Of a stretch of DNA of 64,000 bases, positions 38,601 to 52,169 are shown piece after piece. The notes under the pieces were generated by a model. The model ran no database searches. It was not told the origin of the DNA and saw nothing but the letters and a program-made list of their open reading frames with translations. Origin of the DNA: Balanoglossus misakiensis (lineage: Eukaryota; Animalia; Hemichordata); assembly GCA_040954595.2 (NCBI GenBank), contig CM082581.2:744001-808000 (forward strand), read 5' to 3'. A program made the translations under genes and the position numbers. Numbering within the stretch: the stretch's first letter is position 1; each line of letters begins with the position of its first letter.

Positions 38601-40173
38601 CCTTGCGTCAACATTGATTAACCAGGCCATGCAGAGCTAGTGGCCAGTGTCGTTCCCATTAATTTTGAGTGTTTGGTGGGGTCAACCTTTGCTTCAACAT
38701 TGATTAACCAGGCCAGAGCTTAGTGGCCAGTGTCGTGCCCATCAATTTTGAGTGTTTGGTGGGGTCAACCCTTGCGTCAACCTTGATTAGCCAGGCCAGA
38801 GCTAGTGGCCAGTGTCGTGCCCATCAATTTTGAGTGTTTGGTGAGGTCAACCCTTGCGTCAACATTGATTAGCCAGGCCAGAGCTTAGTGGCCAGTGTCG
38901 CGCCCATTAATTTTGAGTGTTTGGTGGGGTTAACCCTTGCGTCAACCTGGATTAGCCAGGCCAGAGCTAGTGGCCAGTGTCGTGCCCATCAATTTTGAGT
39001 GTTTGGTGGGGTCAACCTTTGCGTCAACCTTGATTAGCCACGCCAGAGCTAGTGGCCAGTGTCGCGCCCATCAATTTTGAGTGTTTGGTGGGGTCAACCT
39101 TTGCGTCAACCTTGATTAGCCACGCCAGAGCTAGTGGCCAGTGTCGTGCCCATCAATTTTGAGTGTTTGGTGGGGTCAACCCTTGCGTCAACATTGATTA
39201 GCCAGGCCAGAGCTAGTGGCCAGTGTCGCGCCCATTAATTTTGAGTGTTTGGTGGGGTCAACCCTTGCGTCAACATTGATTAGCCAGGCCAGAGCTAGTG
39301 GCCAGTGTCGCGCCCATCAATTTTGAGTGTTTGGTGGGGTCAACCCTTGCGTCAACATTGATTAGCCAGGCCAGAGCTAGTGGCCAGTGTCGTGCCCATC
39401 AATTTTGAGTGTTTGGTGAGGTCAACCTTTGCGTCAACATTGATTAACCAGGCCATGCAGAGCTACATTGTAGTGGCCAGTGTCGTGCCCATCAATTTTG
39501 AGTGTTTGGTGGGGTCAACCTTTGCGTCAACATTGATTAACCAGGCCATGCAGAGCTAGTGGCCAGTGTCGTGCCCATCAATTTTGAGTGTTTGGTGGGG
39601 TCAACCTTTGCGTCAACATTGATTAACCAGGCCATGCAGAGCTACATTGTAGTGGCCAGTGTCGTGCCCATCAATTTTGAGTGTTTGGTGGGGTCAACCT
39701 TTGCGTCAACATTGATTAACCAGGCCATGCAGAGCTAGTGGCCAGTGTCGTGCCCATCAATTTTGAGTGTTTGGTGGGGTCAACCTTTGCGTCAACATTG
39801 ATTAACCAGGCCATGCAGAGCTAGTGGCCAGTGTCGTGCCCATCAATTTTGAGTGTTTGGTGGGGTCAACCTTTGCGTCAACATTGATTAACCAGGCCAT
39901 GCAGAGCTAGTGGCCAGTGTCGTGCCCATCAATTTTGAGTGTTTGGTGGGGTCAACCTTTGCGTCAACATTGATTAACCAGGCCATGCAGAGCTAGTGGC
40001 CAGTGTCGTGCCCATCAATTTTGAGTGTTTGGTGGGGTCAACCTTTGCGTCAACATTGATTAACCAGGCCATGCAGAGCTAGTGGCCAGTGTCGTGCCCA
40101 TTAATTTTGAGTGTTTGGTAGGGTCAACCTTTGCGTCAACATTGATTAACCAGGCCATGCAGAGCTACATGTA
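32628..40173 (+). repeat. Satellite array of roughly 90 monomers of 82/83/86 bp with higher-order structure
   Basis: Unit agtggccagtgtcgtgcccattaattttgagtgtttggtggggtcaacctttgcgtcaacattgattaaccaggcc(atgc)agagct; bounded by tacatgta on both sides. Confidence 0.98.
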
Positions 40174-40734
40174 TGTTGCCTGTAAGGCACACATCTCCAA
40201 TTGGTACATTGGGCCTATCATACTGTACATGTACAACTAGGAAAATGTACTTCATCATATTTCCATAGTCAGCAGCTTCAAGAACATGTTGCCTTCTCTA
40301 TATGAATGTTTAGACTAAAAAGAAGTATAAGAAGAATAAAGTTGTCCAATTATTGTTGGCAGGGGGTGGGGATGTGTGCTCCCATACAAATGTATATGGG
40401 TATGTACTCTTTAAGAAAAACCTTCATATGCAAGAGAAAAATGGTAAATGACAAAGAAAATTTGACTGGTATTACAATAGGTCGGGTTTTTGGCATTTAC
40501 ACATATTGATGTTATCAACCGGGAAGCACACTACATGCTGAAAATAATTGGAGACCTCTCGCCCGGGGTGTCGGCCAGTGGCCACATACATTTCCAGTCC
40601 TAAACCTTGCATCAGTTCTGTGGTGCGGAATAAGAAATAAGATTGGCGCTACAATATGCCCACTTAGTTTGAAATGGATTCTGCATATATACATGTAAAC
40701 ACATTGAAAATGAGATATTACACATATAATCATG

Positions 40735-41430
40735 GGACAAGAAGGGCAAAAATTAAATTATCCAGCAGGTGTTCGAATTATGCAAATTAGAACAGTTGTC
40801 TAATATTGCCATGTCAACCACGTTGAAATTGTTTTAGGTACCCGTATTAATTAAAACCGTGAAAATGCGATATTACACACCATATAAGACAAACCAGGGA
40901 AATTTACATGTTAGAGAAGTTTGTCGGCCATTTGGATTATGCAAATTAGAACAGTTGTCTAATATTGCCATGTCAACCACGCTGAAATTGTTTTAGTTAC
41001 CCATATTGATGAAAACCCTGCAAATGCGATTTTAGGCACCATATAAGACAAAACGGAAATTTACATTTAAGAAGAGTTTGATGGACATTTTGGATTATGC
41101 AAATTAGAACAGCTGTCTAATATTGCCATGTCAACGACGTTGAAATTGTTTTAGGTACCCATATTGATGAAAACCCTGCAAATGCGATATTACACACTAT
41201 TAAAGACAACCATAGTAAATTTACATGTTAGAGAAGTTTGTCGGCCATTCTAGATTATGCAAATTAGAACAGCTGTCTAACATTGCAATGTCAACCACGT
41301 TGAAATTGTTTTAGGTACCCATATTGATGAAAACCCTTCAAATGCGATACTACACACTATTTAAGACGACCATAGGAAATTTACATGTTAGAGGAGTTTG
41401 GCGGCCATTTTGGACTATGCAAATGAGAAG
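40735..41430 (+). repeat. ~159-bp tandem repeat (~4.3 units) with octamer ATGCAAAT
   Basis: attatgcaaattagaacag at 40778, 40937, 41095 and 41254; partial copy at ~41416. Confidence 0.9.
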
Positions 41431-41440
41431 AGTTGAACAA

Positions 41441-43446
41441 AAAATAGCGTCAAGGACACTGTGGTCCCATTTGAGGACATAGCACATAGCAACATAGCAA
41501 TAAGCATATCTGCTCTCGATGCCAAGATATGGAAAAGTAGGTCAAAGGTCACCTGAGGTCATGCAAAATTTGGGCAAGAAATTTTGACCCTATACTGGTC
41601 CATGTTTTAACAAAAACCAAACCTATAGCCCTATTGGTTAGCCTGGAATTAGGTATGCACATAATTAATGAGATATGCAGGTGTCACAGGTGACCCCCAA
41701 TTTTGGCTTTTCAATTTTAGTCCCAACCCTCCAAACGCCAAGTCTGTACCTGCTCTGGATGCCAAGATATGATAAAGTAGGTCAAAGGTCACCTGAGCTC
41801 ATGCAAAATGTGGGCAAGAAATTTTGACCTTATACTGGTCCATGTTCAATAAAAACCAAACCTATAGCCTTATTGGTTAGCCTTGAATTAGGTATGCACA
41901 TAATTAATGAGATATGCAGGTGTCACAGGTGACCCCCAATTTTGGCTTTTCAATTTTAGTCCCAACCCCCCCCCCCCAAACGCCAAGTCTGTACCTGCTC
42001 TGGATGCCAAGATATGGAAAAGTAGGTCAAAGGTCACCTGAGGTCATGCAAAATTTGGGCAAGAAATTTTGACCCTATACTGGTCCATGTTTTAACAAAA
42101 ACCAAACCTATAGCCCTATTGGTTAGCCTGGAATTAGGTATGCACATAATTAATGAGATATGCAGGTGTCACAGGTGACCCCCAATTTTGGCTTTTCAAT
42201 TTTAGTCCCAACCCTCCAAACGCCAAGTCTGTACCTGCTCTGGATGCCAAGATATGATAAAGTAGGTCAAAGGTCACCTGAGCTCATGCAAAATGTGGGC
42301 AAGAAATTTTGACCTTATACTGGTCCATGTTCAATAAAAACCAAACCTATAGCCTTATTGGTTAGCCTTGAATTAGGTATGCACATAATTAATGAGATAT
42401 GCAGGTGTCACAGGTGACCCCCAATTTTGGCTTTTCAATTTTAGTCCCAACCCCCCCCCCCCCAAACGCCAAGTCTGTACCTGCTCTGGATGCCAAGATA
42501 TGGAAAAGTAGGTCAAAGGTCACCTGAGGTCATGCAAAATTTGGGCAAGAAATTTTGACCCTATACTGGTCCATGTTCAACAAAAACCAAACCTATAGCC
42601 CTATTGGTTAGCCTGGAATTAGGTATGCACATAATTAATGAGATATGCAGGTGTCACAGGTGACCTATATTTTGTCTTTTCAATTTTAGTCCCAACCCTC
42701 CAAACGCCAAGTCAGTACCTGCTCTGGATGCCGAGATATAGGAAAGTAGGTCAAAGGTCACCTGAGGTCACCCAAAATTTGGGCAAGAAATTTTGACCCT
42801 ATACTGGTCCATGTCCCACAAGAACGAAACCTCTAGCCCTATTAGTTAGCCCGGAATTAGGTAAGCACATAATTAATGTGTTAAGCAGGTGAGCCCAAAA
42901 ATTTGCCTTTTATTTTTGCCCCGTTGTGCTCACTGACCAATAGACAGTCACTGTACAGGACTATTGCACAGACCAGAATTCCACAATAAGACGTGGACAT
43001 AGCTTAACCATTGAGGTATAAGTAAAGGTATAAATTTAATAAAAAGACTAAAAAAATCATAAAAAATAAAACATCCATAATATCAACTTAACACTTACAG
43101 GTCGGTGTGAGGTTGACATATGGTACATGCATACCAATTTTCAAAGCAATCTGACCAGTAGTTGTTGACTTACAGAGTTTTGATCAATTTCACAATTTTC
43201 CAGCTAATTTGCATATTTTTGGGCCTGGCAACTTCGTTTGGACAAACTCCCATCTACAGCCCTGCCTGCATCTGCACACCAAATATCAAGGTGATACGCG
43301 CAGCGGTTTTCAAGTTTTTGATGTGGACGGACATACAGACATACATCCATACATCCATACATCCATACATCCATCCATACATACATACAGACGCAACCCA
43401 TCCCATAAGGTCCCATGGTATATAGGCCTATACCAATGGGACCTAA
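41441..43446 (+). mobile_element. Non-autonomous Helentron-associated (HINE/DINE-1-like) element with six ~240-bp internal repeats
   Basis: Internal tandem array, (ATCC/ATAC)n microsatellite at 43330-43390, 3' hairpin aggtcccatggtata..tataccaatgggacct, A-rich ends; second copy at 62197-63715. Confidence 0.7.
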
Positions 43447-43859
43447 AAATGCCATATTTGCAATGCTGTTGTCTTGTTTTGGGTGCCTATGTTAAGGCTT
43501 GAAAATGAAAGCTTATTCACCATTTTGGCACAAACAGTGGCGAGAAGGTGTTCCAATGCAACTTAGAAGAGTTGCCATATTTGCAATACAGTTATATTGT
43601 TTAAGGTATGAATGCAAATCCTGAATATTAGATTTATAACAATTTCATTGGAAAGAACATTTGTAGGTTCATCATTGACCCCATAGGACTGTCAACTCGA
43701 CTACAGACAGTCTCGATGAACACAAGACATGATCCCAATTTGCAAGCTGAGTTGAAACTGACTGCTGCAGTAACTTTAGCTCTGGGAATGTCTTGTGTGA
43801 TTTAAAGCAATTGATGACCAAATTTAATACAGTTTCTCTGAGGTAACCACTTAGCTTTC

Positions 43860-44720
43860 GTGACTGGTTGTTTAAGAATCCAAAAAACATGAATTCTACC
43901 CAATGAATTCAACCCTTAGAATTTCACAACTGTAACAGAGTTTGCAGTCATGCACAAAAGTGTGTATCATACACATAGGAAATTTCTCACATGTATTTTT
44001 ATGATGGCAATGCATTTGACTGTAAACAAACATTGACATCAGTCAGTAGCGCTATTTTGTCAGTGAAATGGCTTCATCATCATCCCTCCAACCAAAGTTG
44101 AAACTGAGTTGCAAATATTGCACAGCTTGAAATCATAAAATGTTGCAAAATTGAACCAACAGTTCGGTCAATGATCAAGTTCTTACAGCTATTATTAGAA
44201 CCAGACAATCTCAGCGAACAAGAGACATGGGCCTTATTTGCAAGTCGAGTTAGAACTGCCTTTGCCTGCCCACGGACGCCCCAGTTTCAGCAAAAATTAT
44301 TGCATCAAAATGTGAGTATGGAGAACTATGCTCTGTGTTCCTTTTGTTAGCTTACATAGCTGTTGTCATTCTAGTTTTTCCTCTGTCCTGTGAACAGAGT
44401 TTCAGTTGCGAAAACCGACAGTTCTCAAAGTACAAAAGTACACCTAAATTGCCTCGGTGATGAGCATGCAGAATTTATCTGATGCTTTTTACTGGCAGAA
44501 GGACCCCACCAGTTGCAGATTGTCAATTCCATGGCACAAGGGAATTTACGCTTTGCGTTCAAATATAAATAATTAACACCTGTTTAATTTTTCTATATGT
44601 TCTTAAGTGATGATTCAAAAGTATTATGACTGCTAGTGTGATTAATATTCTATTTTCAAAATGTGTTTCTCTTAATGATTATGAATACATCAAAATTTAT
44701 GCTTTAAAATTAAATCATTA
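43860..44720 (+). repeat. Third copy of a ~0.8-kb segment also at 50730-51640 (inverted) and 59620-60500 (direct)
   Basis: Shared core ttttgtcagtgaaatggcttcatcatcatccctccaaccaaagttgaaactgagttgcaaatattgcacagcttgaaatc. Confidence 0.9.
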
Positions 44721-45909
44721 TACCTGAAATATTGCAAATATTTGGAGGGTTGCATTTAATTTGAAGTTCTCGATCAAAGTTTTAGGCATAAAAAAGGTGC
44801 TACACCCCCGAAAAATTGGTAGCTATGAATTCAATTCAAAGAGTGTTTGAACGTCTGTTTTGCAACAGGGTGCCAGTTCAACAAAGCGCATGAGGATAGT
44901 AAATCACCTTTGTGAATTTTGTGCACCACAGTAAGAATTCCCTAGAAACTGCAAACTAAATTGCAAAGCAATCAGACAAAAATGGCAGTAATTGCCAAAA
45001 AAAAAAAAAAACAATATTGTCACTTCCATCACTGGGTTTGTTAAATTGTCATAAAATCACACCTAAGAACATGCAAACCAAATTTTAAAAAAAATGTGGG
45101 TAGAGGTTTCTGAGTATATGACGACCAAAATCACCCCAAAATATACTTCAAAAATGAAAAATAAAATCTGTATAAAGTCTCAATAACATAAATACACACC
45201 AATTTCTAAAGCAATCTGACCAGTACCTTCTTGAGTTTCTGAGTTTAGAACAATTTCACATTGGTCCCAATGGTATATTGACATATACAAAATTGGACCT
45301 AAAGAGTAAAACACATTTCAAAGATTTTACAATTAAAGCCTCACAAGCTGCCAAATTTTACACATCTTTTTCCACAATAACATTTTTCAAATCATCCACC
45401 TATCCTTTAAAATCAGCACCATTGAGCCATATTACTTGAATTTGCATGGGGTTTGTCATCTCTCTGCGATGTGTACCCTCCATATGGAGGCTGATTAAAA
45501 CAGGTGTGGCGCTCGTTTAATATCTGACTTCTTTAAATTGCAACATACAGGCACATTCATTAGTCAATAAAATGTTCATGTATACCTATCAGTCTGTTTG
45601 TTTAGATGAACAAATCTAAGATGGAAAGTAATATCATGAAAATACTGAAAGATTGGAAACTCTGAGTTTGAGTCTAAGGATAACAAGGGAACCTCTCTAC
45701 TATTTGACGCACCAAAGCTATGAAAAACTTCCTTCTTTCCCTCAAATATTTTTTATGAATATGTTCTACTCCGTGATTAAAATTTCCCTTTTACCAAATG
45801 TACATATGTAAGAGACGAGATTTTTTCAGCAAAATTTCAAATGGCCTAGGGTGACTTTTTACCTACTTACCCATATTGGGTAGCATGAAACACAGAATGG
45901 CATACCAGT

Positions 45910-47095
45910 GGGTTAGAGATACAGCGTTTTATATTAACATGAATTAACATGAATTTAAAAATTTGATGGTTTACTTAGGACTGCCTTGATCCATGGTAAC
46001 CTCATTAAATATGTACATATCTAATTCTAGGCTATCCAGTTGCGGTAGAAACCTGGACATGGACAACTTTGGGGTCAAAATCTTTTGACAAAATGTTGGG
46101 TGTTCTTGGGTAAACTTTGACCTACATTCCTATATCTTGGCATCCGGCACAGATACATCCTTGACACTTGGAGTGATGGAACTGCATAATGGAGTATTAT
46201 GTCTCAGCTAGTCACAGTGCTTTTGCTGTGTTTTATGTCTTTTATTCAGCCAAATTAGATGTTTTTCATTACACATTGGCTGTGTTTGCCAGTACTTTTT
46301 AGCTGGTCACACTGCCTTAACACAATGTATTCTCAAAATACTCTGCAATCTTAATGAAGCATATACAGCAGACAAAGTTGTGGTAAGACTAAACTTGCCC
46401 TTCTTTGTGATTAAAGCATGACCGGCCTGTCTTAGGTGGCCCCTACCTAGGGGCTTTACCCGTCATTGGCTCACAGTCTGAGAAATCAGCTCTGCAGGGA
46501 AGTTAACGATGTAACCCACCATTAAAGCTTGGATTTCCGCTTTTTGTATTTGATGCCTGGCTGAGGCCTTCTTAGGATCTACCCAACGCTGAGTAGGCTA
46601 TCCCGTCATTGGCACACAGTCTCAGGGAGGGAGTCAAAAGTTCAGTATACCATCAAAGCCTTTATATTGTCCATTCTTTTTAAGAGAAGGCTGGCTGTTG
46701 TAGAAAAATGTTGATCTCAAATTTATCATGTCCAAAAAGCCAGACTTCCAGCCCTATTGGTTAGGCTGGCATTAGGTAAGTACATAATTAATGAGGCAAG
46801 ACATAATACTCAATCAAATAGTTCCATCACTCCAAGTGTCAAGGTTGTATCTGCTCCGGATGCTAAAATATAGGAATGTAGGTCAAAGTTTACCCAAGAT
46901 CACACAAATGTTTGTCAAAAGATTTTGACCCCGAAGTTGTCCATGTCCAGGTTTCTACTTCAGCTGAATAGCCTAGAATTAGATATGCACATATTTAACG
47001 AGGTTACCATTGCTCAGGGGGGTCTTAAATTAACCATCAAATTTTAGTTTCATATTAATGCATATTAATATAAAACACTGTATCTCTAACCCTAC
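45910..47095. repeat. Local inverted repeat 45910-46205 / 46795-47095 (diverged relative of the 240-bp unit)
   Basis: cctggacatggacaactttggggtcaaaatcttttgacaaa vs tttgtcaaaagattttgaccccgaagttgtccatgtccagg. Confidence 0.85.
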
Positions 47096-47642
47096 AGGTA
47101 AGCCTAGAATTAGGTACATGTACATGCGTAAGTTTTTGACAAGACAGTTAAGCTGTAATATATGTACATGAACCTTGACAATTGACTTAAAATAACATAA
47201 AGGCAGAACTGATACTGATTGGAGATAGATATTACTAATGACAGTGATGTTAATTACACCAGGAATGTTTGTCTTAGTATACGGTAGCTAACCGACTGCT
47301 TGAGGTTAAGTAATGAAAGTGCCCACTTGCGATTCACCTTCAAATAGCTACTTAGTCTTTGGTACATGTACATTGTTTTTCCAATGATTAGACAAAGGAT
47401 ATACATACGTGTAATTAAGGTTGGGTAGCATTTTCAATGTAATAAGCCCTGCCTTCACTATAATCTTACACCAAATCAACACTGTTCAGGAATGTGATAG
47501 GCTTCAAAGCGACGCTAGTTACATCATAATTCCCAGCAAGGGGTATTAGTTTATTGGGCAAGTGGCATGAGTGAGGCCAGACATTAGTTTTGGAAGCAAA
47601 GCGGACAGAACACTGCCGGGCATAGACTAGGTAGTTCTGAAT

Positions 47643-49135
47643 AGTCATGTTTCATAAGTCAGGTCCATGACATATGTACCGACATCTGTGAATGGTCCAT
47701 CTGGTAATCTTAGGTCCACTTGAGGCACGGTGATTGGAGGGACCTTATGTGTTAGGTCTTATTATTATGTATTATTCACTAGACCTTGTAGGTTAGGTCT
47801 TATTACTATGTATTATTCACTTTACAGCTCCCTGATTGGTTAATGTGTAGGTCTGGTCCTCCAGTGTTCACTGCCTCATTATGCAGGACCTTGTAGGTTA
47901 GGTCTTATTAACATGCATTTATTCAATTGTCAGCTCCCTGATTGGTTAATGTGTAGGTCTCCAATTTTCACTGCCTCGTTATGCAAAGTCTTTTGTACTT
48001 TCTGAATACAGTTGTCGTATTCTGTCTGGCATGCTGCCTGCGCGTTGTCGAAGCTCGATCCCAGTGTATAAAGAAAGGCACTCATATAATGATTGGATTT
48101 AACCTTTCCTTCACTATTCATGGCATTTTTTTGTGATACTGTGAACTAGATACTCGAAATAAAAATTGCCAGGAGAATTTTTTTATTTTATTTCCAGTGG
48201 CGGTTTGTTGAAATGGGCTAGTGTTTTGTTACGTAATGCTTTTCAGCGCATCACTTCGTGTAACACCTGGCTGAATACGAAGTGTGTGCTATTCATTCGA
48301 GCAAACCAAAAATATCTTACAATAGAACTGTTTAGAATAGCATTGCATTTCTTTAATTGGGATACCTCATTAGTTGCTTTACAGGTATGATTACTTTTAT
48401 TGTACTTCTTTCACGAAGCTGCACCGTCATAGTTCCATTTTTATGAAAACAATATACGAATGTATAAACGGACAACGTACTCCTTTTCACAACATCTACG
48501 TCAAAACAAATTTACTTTAAAATAGTAAAACAACAATAATAATATTGATGATGAGAAGTAGGAGGGTGATTTAAGAAAATATACAACTGTTAGCAAAAAT
48601 GCTTAGATGTGTTAATCAGATTTTCGAAGTCCATCTAAAAATTTTAATCTTTCCAGGGTGCGGTTTATGTTGGAGATAGTATCAGTCAGGCTATTTCTCA
48701 GAAAATTAATGAATGACATGCGGACATCCCGAATAATGTGTTACCACAACGCTAGCCAGGAAGCACATGGGACATTTCACAATGAGGCAGTGAACACTGG
48801 GAGACCAGACTGACACGTTAACCAATCAGGGAGCTGTATGGTGAATAAATACATATTAATATGACCTAACCTACAAGGTCCTGTATTATGAGGCAGTGAA
48901 CACATGGGGGACCAGACTGACACGTTAACCAATCAGGGAGCTGTAAAGCGAAAAATGCATAGTAATAAGACCTAACCTACAAGGTCTAGTGAATAATACA
49001 TAATAATAAGACCTAACCTACAAGGTCCCTCCAATCAGCGTGCCGCAAGTGGACCTAAGAGAAGCGGATAAACCAATCAAAACATGCAATACATGTGTAT
49101 AGGACGTGTAATGTAGGTCATTTTGAAACAGGACT
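47643..49135. mobile_element. Non-autonomous TIR element with 3-bp AAT TSD (Harbinger-like) containing ~280-bp inner inverted repeats (47709-47985 / 48780-49059)
   Basis: aat|agtcatgtttca ... tgaaacaggact|aat; the other arm shows the empty site ttctgaatgtgacc (reverse strand near 61634-61648). Confidence 0.65.
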
Positions 49136-50144
49136 AATGTGACCATGGACGTTACCACATTAGACTCTGTATTGTAAGTTTCTGAAGAATCGCAAAAAAT
49201 CATCAACAGTCTACATGTACTTCAACCTTGTGAGAAGTACTGTATAACACACAGGATATACTAGTCACTGTTGGTCAGGTTATTACACACTGTGGTCCCA
49301 TCTGGGGATTACACAAAATTAGGTATGTCTGTGTTCATGGGAAAAATCATGTGACATTGGCAAGCAGATATGACCTACTGTAAGAACATTTCAAAGGAAC
49401 CAGACAAGTATTTTAGGGAAAACAACATTCAACAATGACAAAAACTGCCTCAAACCACATCTATCCAACTATCAACAAATTGTATAATATCTACTTCAAT
49501 CACCACGCCTACCAAAGTTGAAAGCAATCTGACTAGTAGTTTCAAAGAATACAAATTGCAAAAATTGCCCCAAGACCACAATATGTAAATTTCACCAAAA
49601 TGATATACAACATTACTTGGGTTACCTCTTGGAACAAGCATACCAAAATTTAAAAGCAATCTAAGGAGTTTCTCAGAAAATGAATTTTGACCAAAAATGA
49701 CAGATTACAAATTCTGCGACAATTTAAACAAAACCAACTAAGATCACCTACCGGAAGTGTCATACTAAATTCTAAAGAAATCAGCCAATCTTTTTAAGAG
49801 GAAAAGATTTTTTTTCAAATGGTAAAACAAGACAAAATAATTGCATAAAAAATAGACAATTCACGATATAAACTCAAAGTATATCAGGTATGATGACATT
49901 ACCTACATGCATACAAATGTTCAAAGCAGTCTAACCAGTTGTTGAGTTTTGATCAATTCCACATATTTCACAGGTTATTTGCGTATTTTTGCATTGACAA
50001 CTTCATTTCAGCAAAATCCCATCTACACACCAAAATAAAAAAACCATGGTTTCATGTTTTGGATCAGGGCAGACATACATCCATATATACATGTAACATG
50101 CATACACACATGTACACACACACACAAACACATGCATACATGGC

Positions 50145-50207
50145 TGCATACATACATACATACATACATACATACATACATACATACATACATACATACA
50201 TACATAC
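50145..50207 (+). repeat. (TACA)n microsatellite
   Basis: Direct reading. Confidence 0.95.
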
Positions 50208-50258
50208 AGAGGGAAACGGTCTGGTAATCAATGTTGTGACACTAGCATTAGGCCTTAA

Positions 50259-50713
50259 ACCCCGGTGCGGAAAGTACTGGGGTTCGGATTAACGTGTGTT
50301 TGTACAGTTGTTTATTTGTGAGTGGTCGTCGTGCATAATAACTGTGTAATTGATCTCATGTACATAGAAAATAATTGAACACTTTACACCTCTATGCGAT
50401 TGACAGCTGTTTGAATGGTGTGGTTATTGTTTCCCAGGGATGCTTCTGAAAAGCACTGAAACCAGATTTCTCCCAAAATCATCGTTGTTTCAAAAGCTCG
50501 TGTACTTTTTCATCGATAACTTTATGTTGTGTGTGTTTATAAAGCCAACCACTGTCATTGTGTGGTGTAATTCTTTATGCTTGGATCTGTTTGGGCCGAT
50601 TTTCATAGAGCCAAGATCATTAGAGCCAAGATCGTTGGTGTTGTCTGTTGTCAGTCAAACGGCATTAAGATTCGCCACTGATTTGGGGGGTCTTTTATAC
50701 CACGCATCGGGGT
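50259..50713. mobile_element. TTAA-targeting MITE (piggyBac/Kolobok-like)
   Basis: TTAA|accccggtgcg ... cgcatcggggt|TTAA; empty site ggccttaatgt in the right arm (~60526-60536, reverse strand). Confidence 0.8.
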
Positions 50714-52169
50714 TTAATGTTTACGATATCAGGACAATTTATATCATATGAAGTTTTATGTATTCATAATTATTCAGAGAAGCAAATTTTTAAAAATGTG
50801 AAATTGTTATCAATCGGATGTGCACTGACAGCATGCTTATATGGAATACAGGTACTCTAACACAATCAGTCATAACACTTTTGAATCATCAATAAATAAC
50901 ATATAGAATAATTTTACAGGATTTAATTATTTATATTTGAACGCAAAGCGTAAATTCCCTTGTGCCATGGAATTCACAATCTGCAACTGGTGGGGTCCTT
51001 CTGCCAGTAAGAAGCATCAGATAAATTCTGCATGCTCATCACCGAGGCAATTTAGGTGTACTTTTGTACTTTGAGAACTGTCGGTTTTCGCAACTGAAAC
51101 TCTGCTCACAGGACGGAGGAAAAACTAGAATGACAACAGCTATGTAAGCTAACAAAAGAAACACAGAGCATAGTTCTCCATACTCATATTTTAATGCAAT
51201 AATTTTTGCTGAAATTGGGGCGTCCGTGGGCAGGCAAAGGCAGTTCTAACTCAACTTGCAAATCAGGCCCATGTCTCTTGTTCCCTGAGACTGTCTGGTT
51301 CTAATAATAGCTGTAAGAACATAATCGTTGACCAAAGGGTTGGTTCAATTTTGCAACATTTTATGATTTCAAGCTGTGCAATATTTGCAACTCTGTTTCA
51401 ACTTTGGTTGGAGGGATGATGATGAAGCCATTTCACTGACAAAATAGCACTACTAACTGACATCCATATTTGTTTACAGTCAAATGCATTGCCATCAGAA
51501 AAATGCATACGAAAAAATTCTTATGTGAATAATACACACTTTCTTGCACAACTGCAAACTCTGTCACATTTGTGAAATTTTAAGGAAATTCATTCATTGG
51601 GTAGCTTTATGAATTCTTAAACAAACTTAGTCATGAAACCTAAAAGGTTACCTTACACATCTGGCGGCTCGACTTCTGTGATATGATAGTCTTCAATTAA
51701 TGTGTATGTGATTCCATACAAATCCATATGATTACCTGAACGTACAAAATAAATAAAAAATAAAAAATAAATTAAAAATAAATAAGTATCTCATACATAT
51801 GCATAAGTGCTTGTGATAAATATATCCTGTATTTAAATAAACCTGTCATTTATTGACCTCGTTTTCCTATTAACCCAAAGGACTAGATTGCACTGTAATA
51901 TTATTACAGCTTCATTTCAATGCAACAGGTACACTACATCATATTGGAGCAAATATGCCAGCTCAACATTGATATAAAGAGTGTCAAAATATTGGTGGCT
52001 ACAAAAGCTTGTGTCCCTTCAATCCATCCTCGCACTCAGGTGAAAACGAACGTCATTAGTTTTTGGGAAAAAACCTCTGAAATCAATTTCGGTGAGGCCA
52101 AATGTGTTCCAAAGGCAAACCGTTTCTGGTAAACAAATCAATGGCAAATAATTACTTCGGCGACATACC

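Noticed and set aside
32628-40173. Possible CRISPR array
   Set aside because: Monomers are contiguous near-identical units with no unique spacers, there are no cas genes, and the context is eukaryotic.
43162-43502. ORFs conserved between 43.2 kb and 62.2 kb
   Set aside because: The conservation reflects two copies of the same non-coding element including its microsatellite.
51414-51466. C/D-box snoRNA-like motif (ATGATGA...CTGA with GGATG/CATCC stem)
   Set aside because: Only about 52 nt, the terminal stem is not kept in the other two copies, and no rRNA guide complementarity was recognised.
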